Below the pieces are notes generated by a model. The model was not told the DNA's origin and did no database searches. It saw only the letters and a program-made list of their open reading frames with translations. Position numbers and translations under genes: made by a program. Below are positions 35,219 to 46,740 of a DNA stretch of 64,000 nucleotides, one piece after another. Location: positions 8,320,001 through 8,384,000 of the forward strand of contig JASGJH010000001.1 of the NCBI GenBank assembly GCA_047601445.1, given 5' to 3'. The DNA comes from Myxococcales bacterium. Lineage in GTDB: Bacteria > Myxococcota_A > Polyangia > Polyangiales > DASUME01. Position 1 is the first letter of the stretch, and every line of letters starts with the position of its first letter.

Positions 35219-38200
35219 TCAAGCGGTTCCCACCTCCGCCGGTGTGCGAAGGCGGACGATCCAGCGCTCGGGCAGCCAAATCGCTGCCGTGAAGGGGCGC
35301 CTGTCTTCGTCCGTCGCCGACTCGAGCTCGAGGTCCACCTTGCCGCCGCGCTCGGCCATCAGGACCCGTACGGCATCGAGTCCCACGCCGCGGCCCGAGA
35401 TGCGGCTGGCGTCCGCGGTGCTGATGCCGCTCTGGAATGCGAGCTGAGCAAGCTCCTCATCGGACTCACAAGGTAGAGCGCGCGCCGCGGCCTGGGCCCG
35501 CAACGCGGCCACGGAGAGACCACGGCCGTCGTCGTGCACGCGAAGCTCGCAGCCGTGGCCGTTCGACCGCACGGACAGCGTGACCTTGCCGGCATCCGGC
35601 TTGCCACGCACACGCCGCTCCTCGACCGGCTCGATGCCGTGGTCGAGCGCATTGCGTAGCAGGTGCATGAACACATCGCGCAGGGCCGGGACGATCTCGG
35701 CGCGGAAGCGGACCTGAGCGGGCGCCTGGTGCGAGGACTCCACGGCCACGAAGCGCGGTAAGGGGCGCTCGAGTTGCTGCGCGAGCGTGCCCAGCGCGGG
35801 TCGCAGGTCGGCCACCAAATCATCGAGCGTGCTGCTGCCGATGGCGTCCACCAACGTGAGGATCTCCTCGGGTTGCCCGCTGCGCGCGGCTTCCCGGATT
35901 CGTTCCAGCAAGCCGCCGTCGACGGCGCTGGCCCGCACCGCGATGCGCGCGAAAGGCTCGAGCTGGACCTCGTAGACTTTGCGGATCTGCTCGAAGCTCG
36001 AGCGCACCGCCGAGAGATCCTCCGCGAGCTTCGCGTGGTCCCACTGCTCGGGCGCGAGCTCGCGATAGGTGGCGTAGGTGTCCTCGGCCGCATGGGCGGC
36101 GGCTGCCAACGCGTCGAAGGCGTAGGTGCGCGCGTTGCCCTTGACCGTGTGGAGCTCGCGAAACAAACCCGCGAGCACCTCGGGGCCAGGCCGGTCCGCG
36201 AGCAGCGTCTCGCAGCGTGAGAGGTGGCGCTCGGTATCGGCCACGAAGTCCATGAAGGCGGAGCGTGGCAGTGCCAGGATGCGCCCGATGATTCTCGAGG
36301 TCCCTGCGCTGGGCCTGAGTCTCTTGCTCCAGGGAGCGCAGCGCGGTCACGTCTTTCACGCTCACGAGGAGCTTCTCGACCTTCCCCGAGTCGTCCTGGA
36401 TGGCACTCCAGTTGAGCTCGAGGGCGTGCGCGCTGCCGTCCGGGTGACGTCGGTGGAGCGTCCGCACCAACAGATGGCGGTTGGACTCGTACCACAACAG
36501 CTCGCACCCCACGGAACACTCCACGGCCGCTTGCACTTGGCTCAGCACGTCGGGAGCGACATCGCTGTCAGAGAACAGCAGCTCCGTGTAGTGGCGTCCC
36601 GCAACTCGCCGCGTGCCCAGGATGGACTCGAGCTGCTTGGAGTACTCGGGATGCACCGTGCCGTCGCGCAGGATCGTGAAGATGCCCTCGTCGAGGTTCT
36701 GCAGCATGTTGTCCAGGTCGCTGGTCTTGCGCCGTAGCTCGGCGGTGCGCTCCTCTACCTTCTGCTCCAGCTCGCGATAGACGCGTGCATTCTCGATCGA
36801 AATGGCCGCCTGCGACGCCAATACCTCCAGCACCTCCTGATGCTCGGCCGTGAACGCGCGCGCCGCCAGGTTGTTCTCGAGGTACAGCACCCCCAGCAGC
36901 TTGCCACCGTTGAGGATGGGGCGACACAGGATGGACTTGGGGCGCCGCAGCTGCACGTAGGGGTCCTCGGTGAACTCGCCTTCCACCGAGGCGTTGTCGA
37001 GCAACTCGGGGCGCTTCACCCGCGCCACGAAGCGCACCAGGCTCTCTGCGACCAGACAATCGGCGGCTCTCTTCGCGGGAAACGGGATATTGCCCAGCAC
37101 CATCAGCTGCGCGCCCTGCGCGCCCACCACCAGCTCGCCCTGCACGCGCAGCGCGTTGTCCTCCTGCAGGAGCAGCACGGCCCGTTGTGCGCCCGAGCTC
37201 TGACAGAGCTGGCGCAAGAGCACCGCGATCAAGCCTTCGAGCTTGACCTGGCTCGAGATGGCCTGGGCTCCGCGAGCCAGAGACTCCACGCCGAGCCGCA
37301 GCGAGAACGTGGGAGACGACGTGGCGCTGTCGTTCGGACCCTGGCGCCGCGAGGGCGCCGCACCTTCGTCGCTCGGATCGGAGAGATCCGGGAACTCCTG
37401 CGCGATGCGCCGCAGCTCTGCACGAAACTGCAGGCTCCCCGCGACTCGCTGGGCCTTTTGCGCGACCCAGCGCGCTTCGAGCATCAGGCCGTGCTCGCGC
37501 AGCAGACCGGCCAGGCGCCGACAGGCCAACAGCTCGTTGAAACTGCTCACGCCGCGCGCCTCGGACATGGCGCGCTCGTACAGGCGCATGGCGTCGCCCA
37601 TGCGACCTGCGCGACGAGCTTGCTCGGCTTCCAGCAGAGCCACGTGGGAGCGGAAGTTCGGGGCGTTGCGGTCGTAGGCCGTAAAGAGCGCCCGATTCAC
37701 GCGATAGTAAGCGCCTGCGGCGGCCCGCTCGCCCACGCTCAACTGGCTCGCATTGCAGGCGAGATAGGCCAGCGCGAAGAAGTAACGATGGACGTGCTCC
37801 ACCAGGATGCCCAGCAGATCCAGCGCCTGCACCTTGAACGCGAGGCCGGCGCGCAACGAGCCCTCGAAGTCCCCCGCCAGATAGCGCTCAGCCTGGCACA
37901 GCGTCGCCAGGTACCCCCGCATCACGATGTTGCCGGGCGCCTCGAGCTTCTTGGTGTAGGCCTCCAGATCGAAGGCCTGCACCTCGGGCTCGAGCGTGAT
38001 TCCGTGTGGCTCTCCGGCCTCACGCCAGCTTGCCAGCGTGCGCAAGACGAGTAGCTGGTTTTCCGTGATCTCCGGATCGCCGTGCTTTTGATGCAAGCGC
38101 AGCACCTCCAGGTTCTGGCGATACACGTCGTCCAGGGAGCGCGTACCGAAGAACAGGCAGTGCGCGCGCGTCATGGCGAGCGTGTAGTCCGCCATGTTGA

Positions 38201-41200
38201 CGGCGCCGGCGTCGAGGTTCATGGCCACTGCGGCGGCCACCGCTTGCTCCCAGCCCTCGAGGCTCACGGTCTGGTGCAGCGCCACCGTGCAGCGAATCAG
38301 CTCGATCTGTCCGCGCTGCTGCGGGTTGGGATATTTCTCGTTGACCGCGTAGGCGAGCCGCAGATAAGCCTGCGCGCTCTGGATCACCTTGAAGGCCCCG
38401 GCCTCGGTGCCCATGCAGGCCGCGTAGCCGAAGGGGGAGAGAGACGTGTTACCGTAGCGCAGACTGAGCTGCGCCATCTGCATGGCCAACAAGCCGTACA
38501 GATCCGAGCTCACCATGTAGGCCGAGTGACTCAGCGCGTTGAGGATCTTGAAGGCGGCGATGGCGCGCGGATCGGTGGCGGCGGGCAAATCGATCAGGCT
38601 CGCGGTGCTGCGTCGGCCTTGCTGCCACTTGAAGCGTGCGTAGGCCGCGACCACCTGGGCCTTGCTCGGGCGCGGTGGCACGTGAACACCGAGCGGCGCC
38701 AAGCGCTCCACGCCCAGCGCGACCGCTTCTTGGTGGCGATTCTGGACGAACAACGCCGCGAGCAAGAGCTGCACTGCGGGCGCATTGGCCACGGGATCGC
38801 GCACGTGCTCCAGGCAGAGCGAGGCGTGTCGCGCGCACACATCGGCGCGCGAGCATGCAAAATTGGCGCTGGCCAGGCCCAGATAGGCCTCGAAGGCAAG
38901 CGCCGTCTGGGTCTTCCAGGCGTCTTGGGGGAGGGCGAGCGCCGCCTGCTCGAAGAGCTCCCTGGCCTGTTGAAAGGCCGCCGCGGCCAACGCCTTGTGA
39001 CCAGCGCGGATGTTCAGACGCACCAGTTCGTTGAGCTCGGCGGGCTCAGCGCCCAGCGCGCGCGAGCGGTTCAAGTTCTCGACGATCTTGAACAGCTGTT
39101 GCTCCACGCCCTCGGCATCGAGCGTGGCGAGCAGGTGCCGACCGACCAGGCGCTGGCGCCGCATGCGCTCCTCGGCGTCCACCAACACGTGGGCGGCCTC
39201 GTGGATCTTGTCGTGCAAGAAGCGCAGCTGCCCTCCGGCCTCTGCCAACAGACCGTCTTCGATCGCCGGAAGGATCGCCTTGTAGGCGGCATGTTCCGTC
39301 GTCTGCAGCACGATGGCCAGGCTGCGCAGCGCGAACTCCACGCCCAAGATGGCCGCCAGGTTCAGCGCGCTGCAAGTCTCGGGCGCGTAGCGGAGGAGCT
39401 TGTGCGTCATCAACTCCACGACGTTGTCCGGCAGGTTGCGCGCCGTGATCTCCGAGAGGCTCCAGCTCCATTGCCCCTCGGCGAAGACGAGCAGCCCCTC
39501 TTCGTGGAGTCCGCGGAGCATCTGGATCAAGAAGAACGGATTGCCCTCGGTCTTGGCCAGGTGCACGAGTGCGAGCGCGCGTAGCGCCCGATCCTGAGGG
39601 TCCCTTCGCAATGCATCGGAGAGCAGCTCCTCCACGTGCTCCTGCGCGAGTGGCGCGAGCTGAATCCGACACACCTCGGTCAGCGACCGCAGTTTGTCGT
39701 CGAACATCAGCTGCAAGGGGTGGTGGGCTCCCACTTCATTGTCACGGTACGCGAGGATCAACATCGTGTGGTGGATCTGCTTCTCGATCCACGAGCCCAC
39801 GAGCTCGAGGCTCGCAGCGTCGGCCCACTGCATGTCATCCAGGAACAGCACCAGCGGGTGCTCTGCGGTCGCCAGCACGCCCAGCGCCGCGTGGCAGTTG
39901 CGGACGAAGCGGTTCTGACGTGCGATCGGGGCGGCCTCGGGCAACTCCGGCTGAGGGCCGAGCAAGGTCTCGAGCAGCGGCACCACGTCGATGAGACACT
40001 GTCCCTCGGAATGCAGCGCGGCCAGGAGCTCGCCGCGGAAATGGGCCACCACCTCGTCGCTCTCGCGCAACACCAGACGCACCAACTCGGTCAAGGCGTG
40101 CTGAATTGCGCTGTAGGGTCGGGCCTTGTCGAACTGATCGTACTTGCCCGCCGCGAAGAAGCCGCGTGCCGCGACCAATGGCTTTTGCACTTCGTTGATC
40201 AGCGCCGACTTGCCGACGCCCGAATAGCCGGACACCAGCACCAGCTCGAAGCCACCCGCCGCCGTGCCCCCGAAGGTGTGCAGCAGCTGCTCGATTTCGG
40301 ACCTTCGCCCGTAAAGTCGCTCCGGGATGCGAAACGCCTGCTGTTCGTCCCGCGTGCCCATCGCGAGCTCCGGCGGAATGGTCCGACCCGCTTGGACGAA
40401 TCCGCGTAGTTGCTCCAGGTCCGCGAGCACACCGGCTGCACTCTGGTAGCGCTGCTCGGCCTCCTTCTGCAGCAGCTTCATGATCAAGTGGGAAAGCGGC
40501 GCCGGGATCGATGGCTCGTACGCTTCGGGTGGGGCGGGCAGCTTGGCGATGTGGCAATGCACCAGCTCGAGTGGGTCCGTGCTCTCGAACGGGCAGCGGC
40601 CCGTCAACAGTTGGTAGAACGTGACGCCCAGCGAGTAGAGGTCGCTGCGAGCGTCTACGGTGCGGTTCATTTTCCCGGTCTGCTCGGGCGACATGTACGG
40701 AAGCGAGCCGAAGCGTTCTTCTCCGCGCGTACCCGAGAAGGCCTTGGAGATACCGAAGTCGATGATCCGCAGCTCCCAGGTCGCCTCGTCTACCAGGACG
40801 TTGCTCGGCTTGAGGTCTCGATGAATCACGCGCTCACGGTGGATATCGCGCACCCCGACGACCAAGCGCACGGCGAGCTCCAGAAAGCTCGCCAGATCGA
40901 GCCGCGCCTTGCGCTCGAGGAGCGCCGAGAGCGCCTCGCCACCGAAGTCATCCATCAAGATGCCGACGCCGCGCTCGAAGAACACCAGCTCGTGAACGCG
41001 GATCACGCAGGCGCTGCGCACGGCCTTCAAGCACTCGAATTCGTTCTTGATTCGCTCGAGCTCCGCGTGGCCCTGGGCGTCCGTGTCGAAGTACTTGAGA
41101 ACGCCGATGAAGCCGTCGCGTTCCCGCCGCACCCGCAGCACGCTCTTGTTGCCACTGACGTACAGCCGGTCGCGGATCTCGTAGCCCCGAAGCGTTCCCA

Positions 41201-41201
41201 A
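35219..41201 (-). CDS. Giant STK-AAA-GAF-PAS-HPt-HATPase (CheA-type) hybrid kinase, ~1990 aa; +1 frameshift at ~36292; start uncertain
   Basis: HRDLKPSN/DFG/SPE; GYSGVGKS; GAF (YLENN..QAAISIENA); after frame repair LEIIGRIL..FRELHTVKGNART, LRNALDHGIE, DDGRG, SGRGVGLD. Confidence 0.88.
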
Positions 41202-41404
41202 AGGCGCGTCCCCCCAATGGGAGCGTACGAGAGGGCGAGCACACGGGCCAACTCCTCCAATTTGCGTGAATTGGGGTGGATTTCGGCCACGCCCGTCACC
41301 CCGATAGAGCACCGGGACCCGCGGTCGGTCCCCTCGGAACGCTGTATGCTCGCGGGCACCCGCTACCGTGCGGACCGAGGAGAAACTGCGTGGGATTGGC
41401 TCTC

Positions 41405-41935
41405 ATGATCTTCTGCTGCGTCTTGGGCGCCCCTCTCTTCGTGCTTGGTGCGACGCCGCTCCTGCGGGTGCGCAAGGTGCCCGCTGGCAAGTCGAACCCC
41501 CTGCGAGGCCTGCTCGCTGGGCTGGCCTTTTTTGCGCTGATGTTCGGGGTCGCCTCGCTCGTAGTGCGGCTAGGGATGGGGACCCAGGAGGGCGCGTTCG
41601 TGGTGATGCTCTGGGCGTTCGGCTGGCTCGCGGTCGGGGTCGGCACGAGCTTCTCGTTCGGCGTGTTGGTTGCGCGGATCCCGGCGGGCACTCCGTCGGC
41701 CCATCCGACCTCACTCGCCCTACGCGCGCTGATACCCTGGCCGCTCTGCTTCGTACTCTTCTTGCTGCCGTGGAACGACATGAACATGGCGGGGATGGTG
41801 ATCGCGTTTGCCATGAGCGGCCTGGTGGCACCGCTCGGCGTCGCGCTCTCGGCGTCCGCCGCACGTCGGAGTGTGGAGCGCCATGGAGTGGAACCTGCCC
41901 CCGTTCCTCAGGCACGGCTAGACGCCTCCGCCTGA
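41405..41935 (+). CDS. Hypothetical integral membrane protein
   Basis: About 5 hydrophobic segments. Confidence 0.6.
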   Translation: MIFCCVLGAPLFVLGATPLLRVRKVPAGKSNPLRGLLAGLAFFALMFGVASLVVRLGMGTQEGAFVVMLWAFGWLAVGVGTSFSFGVLVARIPAGTPSAHPTSLALRALIPWPLCFVLFLLPWNDMNMAGMVIAFAMSGLVAPLGVALSASAARRSVERHGVEPAPVPQARLDASA

Positions 41936-42045
41936 TCTTAGAACGGAAGGTCAAAATCCCTTTGATGAACCGGACACCATTTCAGACCGTGTCCGTGAGC
42001 GTGGACCTGGCCGTTGGCCATCACGGGAGCGCCAACGGCCACGCA
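41936..42045. repeat. REP/MITE-like element, copy C (collapsed hairpin)
   Basis: CTTA..CGGAAGGTCAAA end as at 7032; stem TGGCCGTTGGC (42008-18) / GCCAACGGCCA (42031-41). Confidence 0.75.
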
Positions 42046-42414
42046 AATGGACCACGGCATTTCACTCGACAGGTCTCGAGCCGCCTGTGAGTCGTGGCCC
42101 CGCTGCCGTCGACGAGCCGAATCTCGCCGCCCTTGTTGGAGAGCCGCGCACCCTTGCGTGGCCCGTGATGGTTTCGATGCCTTCCAGAGAAAACGGTTCG
42201 CGTCGACGAGCGCTGAACTTCTACCCATCGACGCGAGAAGCACGGCGATGCTCTGCTGCGGTCTTCTTCCCGATTGTTGCCGGATTGTCATTGTAGCGAG
42301 CTTCGTATGTATGGAAGCAATCGGGAGGCTCGTAGTGCGGACTGTCCGCAGACTCGAGTGGCCGTTTCTTCCAGGGGCCGCTCTCAACTTCGTCGTTCAA
42401 GCGAGGCGAATGCC

Positions 42415-44144
42415 ATGTCCAACGAAACGCGCGACCATCGAACCCATCAACCCGGTCAGCCCGCAACGCCCGAGAGAAGTCCTGGCGGGGTCGCCGGCCC
42501 TTCCGTGCCGCCTCGCCCTGCCGTCGGCTCCGAAGCAGCCGGGCCCACGATCCGAGATCATCGGGGCCAGCCCCCTTCTCATGCCGCGCCCCCGCCAGGC
42601 GCTCCGTGGGGAGGCGACGGTGCGGTGATTCGCGATCACCGCAGGAGCGGCATCAAGCACGTCTTCGTGTTGATGCTCGAGAATCGCTCGTTCGATCACA
42701 TGCTTGGCTTCTCGGGCATCAGCGGGACCGATGCGGCGACCCACCAACCCACCAGCATCGACGGCCTCACCGGGAATGAATCGAACACCTTTGACGGCGT
42801 GGAGTATCGCGTACAGCGAGGTGCACCCGACGTCATGAAGCACGGGCCGGGTCACAATTTCGGCGATGTGGTCGAGCAGCTGTGCGGCGAGGGCGCTGTG
42901 TATGCGCCTGGAGGTGCCTACCCAACCGTGAACAACGGGGGGTTCGTGGCGAACTACGCCAAGAAGGGGGACGCTTCGGCGCCGGGCGACATCATGCGGT
43001 GCTTTCCGCCGGAACAGTTGCCGGTGCTGACGGCGCTGGCGCGGGAGTTCGTGGTTTGCGATCGCTGGTTCAGCTCCATGCCCGGACCAACCGAGCCGAA
43101 TCGCTGGTTCGCGCACGCCGCCACCGCGGGGTACTTCGATGAATCCCCCGGCAACGACGAGATTGTCAAAGCGCTGGGAGCGCCCGGGGCGGGCTTTTCG
43201 TTTCCCACGCCCCACCTGTTTCAGCTGCTGAAGAAGAAGGGCGTCAAGTTCCGCATCTACGCCGACGACCACAAGCCCAACGTCGCCGAATTGAAGGACG
43301 TCAGCGTGGTTTGGGACATCGACGAAGTCGAGGACATGGCGGCAGACCTGAGGCGGCCGGGGTTCGACGCAGGCTACGTATGGATTGAGCCTTCCTACGA
43401 CGCGCTGTTCGACTTCGAGGACGGCAACTCGCAACATCCGCTGGGCAGCGTGGCTGCCGGTGAACGCCTCATCAAGAAGGTCTACGAGGCTTTGCGCGCC
43501 TCTCCGATTTGGGAGCAGAGCCTCCTGATCATCACGTGGGACGAGCACGGCGGATTCTACGACCACGTTCCCCCAGGCAAAGCTCGTCCCACGGGGTCGG
43601 TGGGACGCGAACACAAGTTCCCTTTGATCAGCTCGGTCCGCGGGTGCCCGCCCTGGTGATCTCACCACTCATTCCCAAGAACCTGATCGAGCATCGTCCA
43701 CTCGAGCACTCCTCCATTCCCGCGACGGTCACCCGCGTATTCGGCCTCGATTCGCTGGGTGCTCGCGACGGGTTCGTGACCGGAGTCAATCACCTCGCGA
43801 CGCTGGAGGTGGCGCGCAAGGACACTCCGCTCACACTGCCGACGCCCGTCACCAGCATGGCTCGCGTCGCCGCGCCCGCCGGCGAACGGACGGCTCGCCT
43901 GGCTGCGCCACTCGACAACGATTATCACGGAAGTCTTGCCGCCCTCGCGGCCAACCTCGCCATCCAGCATGCCGAGGTCGAGCCTGCCAAGAAGGATCAG
44001 ATCATGGCCCGCGTCCAGTCGCTGAAGACCCGCGCCGATCTGCTCGCCTACGCCGACGAGGTCGAGGCACTGGTCCGACAGGCCAAGCAAGCTCGCGCAG
44101 CGTCGCCGGCCGTTCGCATGCATCCCGCGCCAGTCGAGGAGTAG
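42415..44144 (+). CDS. Phosphoesterase / phospholipase C family; -1 frameshift at ~43621
   Basis: IKHVFVLMLENRSFDH, GPTEPNR, TWDEHGGFYDHV, then (other frame) FDQLGPRVPALVISP. Confidence 0.9.
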
Positions 44145-44178
44145 ACACGCACTGCCGAGCGCGCGCCTCCGCAAGCCT

Positions 44179-45471
44179 TCAGGGACCTACGGGGATATCA
44201 CGGTCCGAGAGCGTCCCGAGAAAGGCCACGATGGCATCGATCTCGGTGTCGTCGAGCCGTGGTGCCTCCCCGCGTGGCTGGTTGTAGGGGGGCAAGCTGA
44301 GGTTGATGTTGTCGTGGTACTTGGCGGGTAAGTCGTCGAACTCGCGCTGGCCGTACCAGCGCTCGGGTTCGCTCGCTCGCGTGGCGTAGAAACTGACTAC
44401 CTCGCGCAAGCTGGAGAACACGCCGTTGTGCATGAAGTGTTTGCGCTTGGCCACGTTGCGCAGGGAGGGCGTGCGGAAGGCGCCACAGTACCAGGGATCC
44501 TCGGTGTGCATGCGCGGGTCACGGCGCTCGCACACGCCGAGGTCGAAGCGCTGCGCGGACCGGTTCTCGGGCAGCTTGCGGTTGCGCGGCACCGACACCA
44601 CGTCGTAGCCGTAGTCCGTGAACATCGAGCTCTCGGGCAGACCCGTGTGGTGATCCAGTCGATGACAGACGCTACACGCGCCCTTGTCCTGGTCCTCGAA
44701 GAGTGCCAGGCCGCGGGCCTCCAGCGCGCTCAGTCGATACGCGCCGCGCACGAAGTCGTCGTACTTGGAGGAGAATGGAGACATGCTGCGGCTGGTCAAA
44801 AAGGCTTCGACGCAGAAGCTCAGCGCCGCCACGGTCTGCTCGTCGGAGGCCAAGAAGTCGTCGAACTCCTGTGCGAGCTGATCGGCGACGGGCCCGCGCC
44901 GAACCTTCTGCGCGATTTGGTGCAGGCTACGGTTTCCCATCTCGTTCGGATTCAAGAGCGGCTGACGGACCAGGTCGTGAATGGAGTCGGCGCGCCCGTC
45001 CCAGAAGAAGCCGCCGAAGGCTTCGGGGCGGTCGTTCTCATCTTCCCACACCAGATGAAAGCGACGTACGAAGCGCAGGTACATCACGGACTGGGTGTTG
45101 CGACGCGCGCGGCGTCCCAGGCGGCTGCCCTGCGCGGTGCCAAGCGTCGAACCGTTGTTGCCTGCGTAGGCTTGAGCCGGGTCGTGGCAGCTCGCGCAGC
45201 TCGTTCCCGCAGGCTCCGACAAGCTCGCATCGAAGAAGAGCTTGCGCCCGAGTGTCACGCGTAGATCCTCCGGCTGCGCCGCGGCGCTCGCAGAGGCGAG
45301 CGCGGGCGTCGTCGACTGCGCAGCGGCCCTGCGAGCGGTCGTTATCGAATCGTTATTCGTGACGCGTGCCGCATCGTGAGTGCACTCGAGTAGCAGTGGC
45401 ACCAGCATCGCCACAATGAACGCGAATGAGCCGAGTTTGAGGAGCCTGAGGCGCATTGGAGATGGGTTCAT
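44179..45471 (-). CDS. Diheme cytochrome c peroxidase/MauG superfamily protein
   Basis: CASCH and CSVCH; FWDGRA; FRTPSLRNV..MHNG. Confidence 0.92.
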   Translation of the reverse strand: MNPSPMRLRLLKLGSFAFIVAMLVPLLLECTHDAARVTNNDSITTARRAAAQSTTPALASASAAAQPEDLRVTLGRKLFFDASLSEPAGTSCASCHDPAQAYAGNNGSTLGTAQGSRLGRRARRNTQSVMYLRFVRRFHLVWEDENDRPEAFGGFFWDGRADSIHDLVRQPLLNPNEMGNRSLHQIAQKVRRGPVADQLAQEFDDFLASDEQTVAALSFCVEAFLTSRSMSPFSSKYDDFVRGAYRLSALEARGLALFEDQDKGACSVCHRLDHHTGLPESSMFTDYGYDVVSVPRNRKLPENRSAQRFDLGVCERRDPRMHTEDPWYCGAFRTPSLRNVAKRKHFMHNGVFSSLREVVSFYATRASEPERWYGQREFDDLPAKYHDNINLSLPPYNQPRGEAPRLDDTEIDAIVAFLGTLSDRDIPVGP

Positions 45472-45680
45472 GGGCGGTTCGATCGACCAAGCGTCATCAC
45501 AGGGGCGCAAGGCTTGCGCCTCTTCGTGGCAGCCTCATGACGGCGTTGCAAAAGTTAGCCTCGCGCGATCGTGGTCGCCGAACTGTCGAACGATCGCCGC
45601 GGATCCTTCACCTGATCTCGGAAGACTCCGCGCGGGGAAGCAGCGGGCGAGGTGCCCGTCTCTTTTCCGTGGAGGTCAGC

Positions 45681-46685
45681 ATGAGCATTGGCTTGAGAGC
45701 GCGTTTTGGAGCGGTCACCGTGGCATGTGCACTCGGTGCCCTGCCGAGTTGCGCAGACATCGAAGAGGGCGAGTACGACGACGAGGTCGAAGGACAGGAG
45801 CAGGCACTCACCGGCTCGGCGATTCAGCACGTATTCGTGATCGCCATGGAGAACCACGACTCCACGCAGGTCTACGGGAACACATCGAGCGCGCCCTATA
45901 TCAACAACACGCTCATGCCCAACTACGCTCGGGCCACCAATTTCAACGACGAACTCGCGCTGTCGATTCCGAGCGAGCCGCACTACCTGTGGATGGAAGC
46001 CGGCACCAACGCCTTCTCCGATCACACCTTCACCGGCGACGGGGACCCCAGCAGCAGCAACAGCACGAGCAACACGAGCCACCTGGTCACCCAGATCAAG
46101 AACGCCACCAACGGCGTGACCTGGCGGACCTACCAGGAGGGCCTCAACTCCTCCACGGGCAGCTGCCCCATTCACTCGAGCGGCTTCTACCAGGCCAAGC
46201 ACAACCCGTTCGTGTTCTTCCAGGACGTCGCGGGTAGCCCGCCATCGGCTAGCAACGCGTACTGCATCGCGCACCACAAGCCTTACAGCTCACTCGCGGC
46301 GGACCTCGCCGCCAACGACGTTGCGAGCTTCACGTTCATCACGCCCAACCAGTGCCACGACATGCACGGTCAGTCCGGCTGCCCGGACTCCAACCTGGTC
46401 CACGCCGGCGACACGTGGCTGAGCCAGGAGCTGCCGCGCCTGATCTCCTACGCGAACAGCCACGCCGGCGTCATCTTCATCACCTGGGACGAGGGCAGCA
46501 GCACCCTGAAGATGCCGTTTCTGGCCATCGGCCCCGGCGTGAAAACGAACTACGCCGGCTCCGTGAGCTACAACCACAGCTCGGTGCTCAAGTCCATCGA
46601 GCACATCCTGCAGCTCTCGACGCTCTCCAAGGTGTCGAGCGCCAACGAGCTCACGGACCTGTTCAAGGCAGGCCAGTACCCGTAG
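45681..46685 (+). CDS. Phosphoesterase-family acid phosphatase, lipoprotein
   Basis: LPSC lipobox; HVFVIAMENH, PSEPHY, KHNPF, HDMH, ITWDE; GGAGG RBS. Confidence 0.88.
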   Translation: MSIGLRARFGAVTVACALGALPSCADIEEGEYDDEVEGQEQALTGSAIQHVFVIAMENHDSTQVYGNTSSAPYINNTLMPNYARATNFNDELALSIPSEPHYLWMEAGTNAFSDHTFTGDGDPSSSNSTSNTSHLVTQIKNATNGVTWRTYQEGLNSSTGSCPIHSSGFYQAKHNPFVFFQDVAGSPPSASNAYCIAHHKPYSSLAADLAANDVASFTFITPNQCHDMHGQSGCPDSNLVHAGDTWLSQELPRLISYANSHAGVIFITWDEGSSTLKMPFLAIGPGVKTNYAGSVSYNHSSVLKSIEHILQLSTLSKVSSANELTDLFKAGQYP

Positions 46686-46694
46686 TCAAGGTCG

Positions 46695-46740
46695 CCCCGG
46701 GGCACGCGCGAGCCTGGAACAGGTCGCGCGCGCCCCGGGG
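46695..46740 (+). terminator. Long GC hairpin after the phosphatase stop codon
   Basis: CCCCGGGGCACGCGCGA..CCTG GAA CAGG TCGCGCGCGCCCCGGGG; no U-tract. Confidence 0.45.

Noticed and set aside
7031..42045. Repeat family as a CRISPR array
   Set aside because: Copies are dispersed and inverted, with no regular repeat-spacer period and no cas genes
42265..42360. Imperfect hairpins upstream of the phosphoesterase as a riboswitch
   Set aside because: No recognisable aptamer motif; cannot be distinguished from chance by eye
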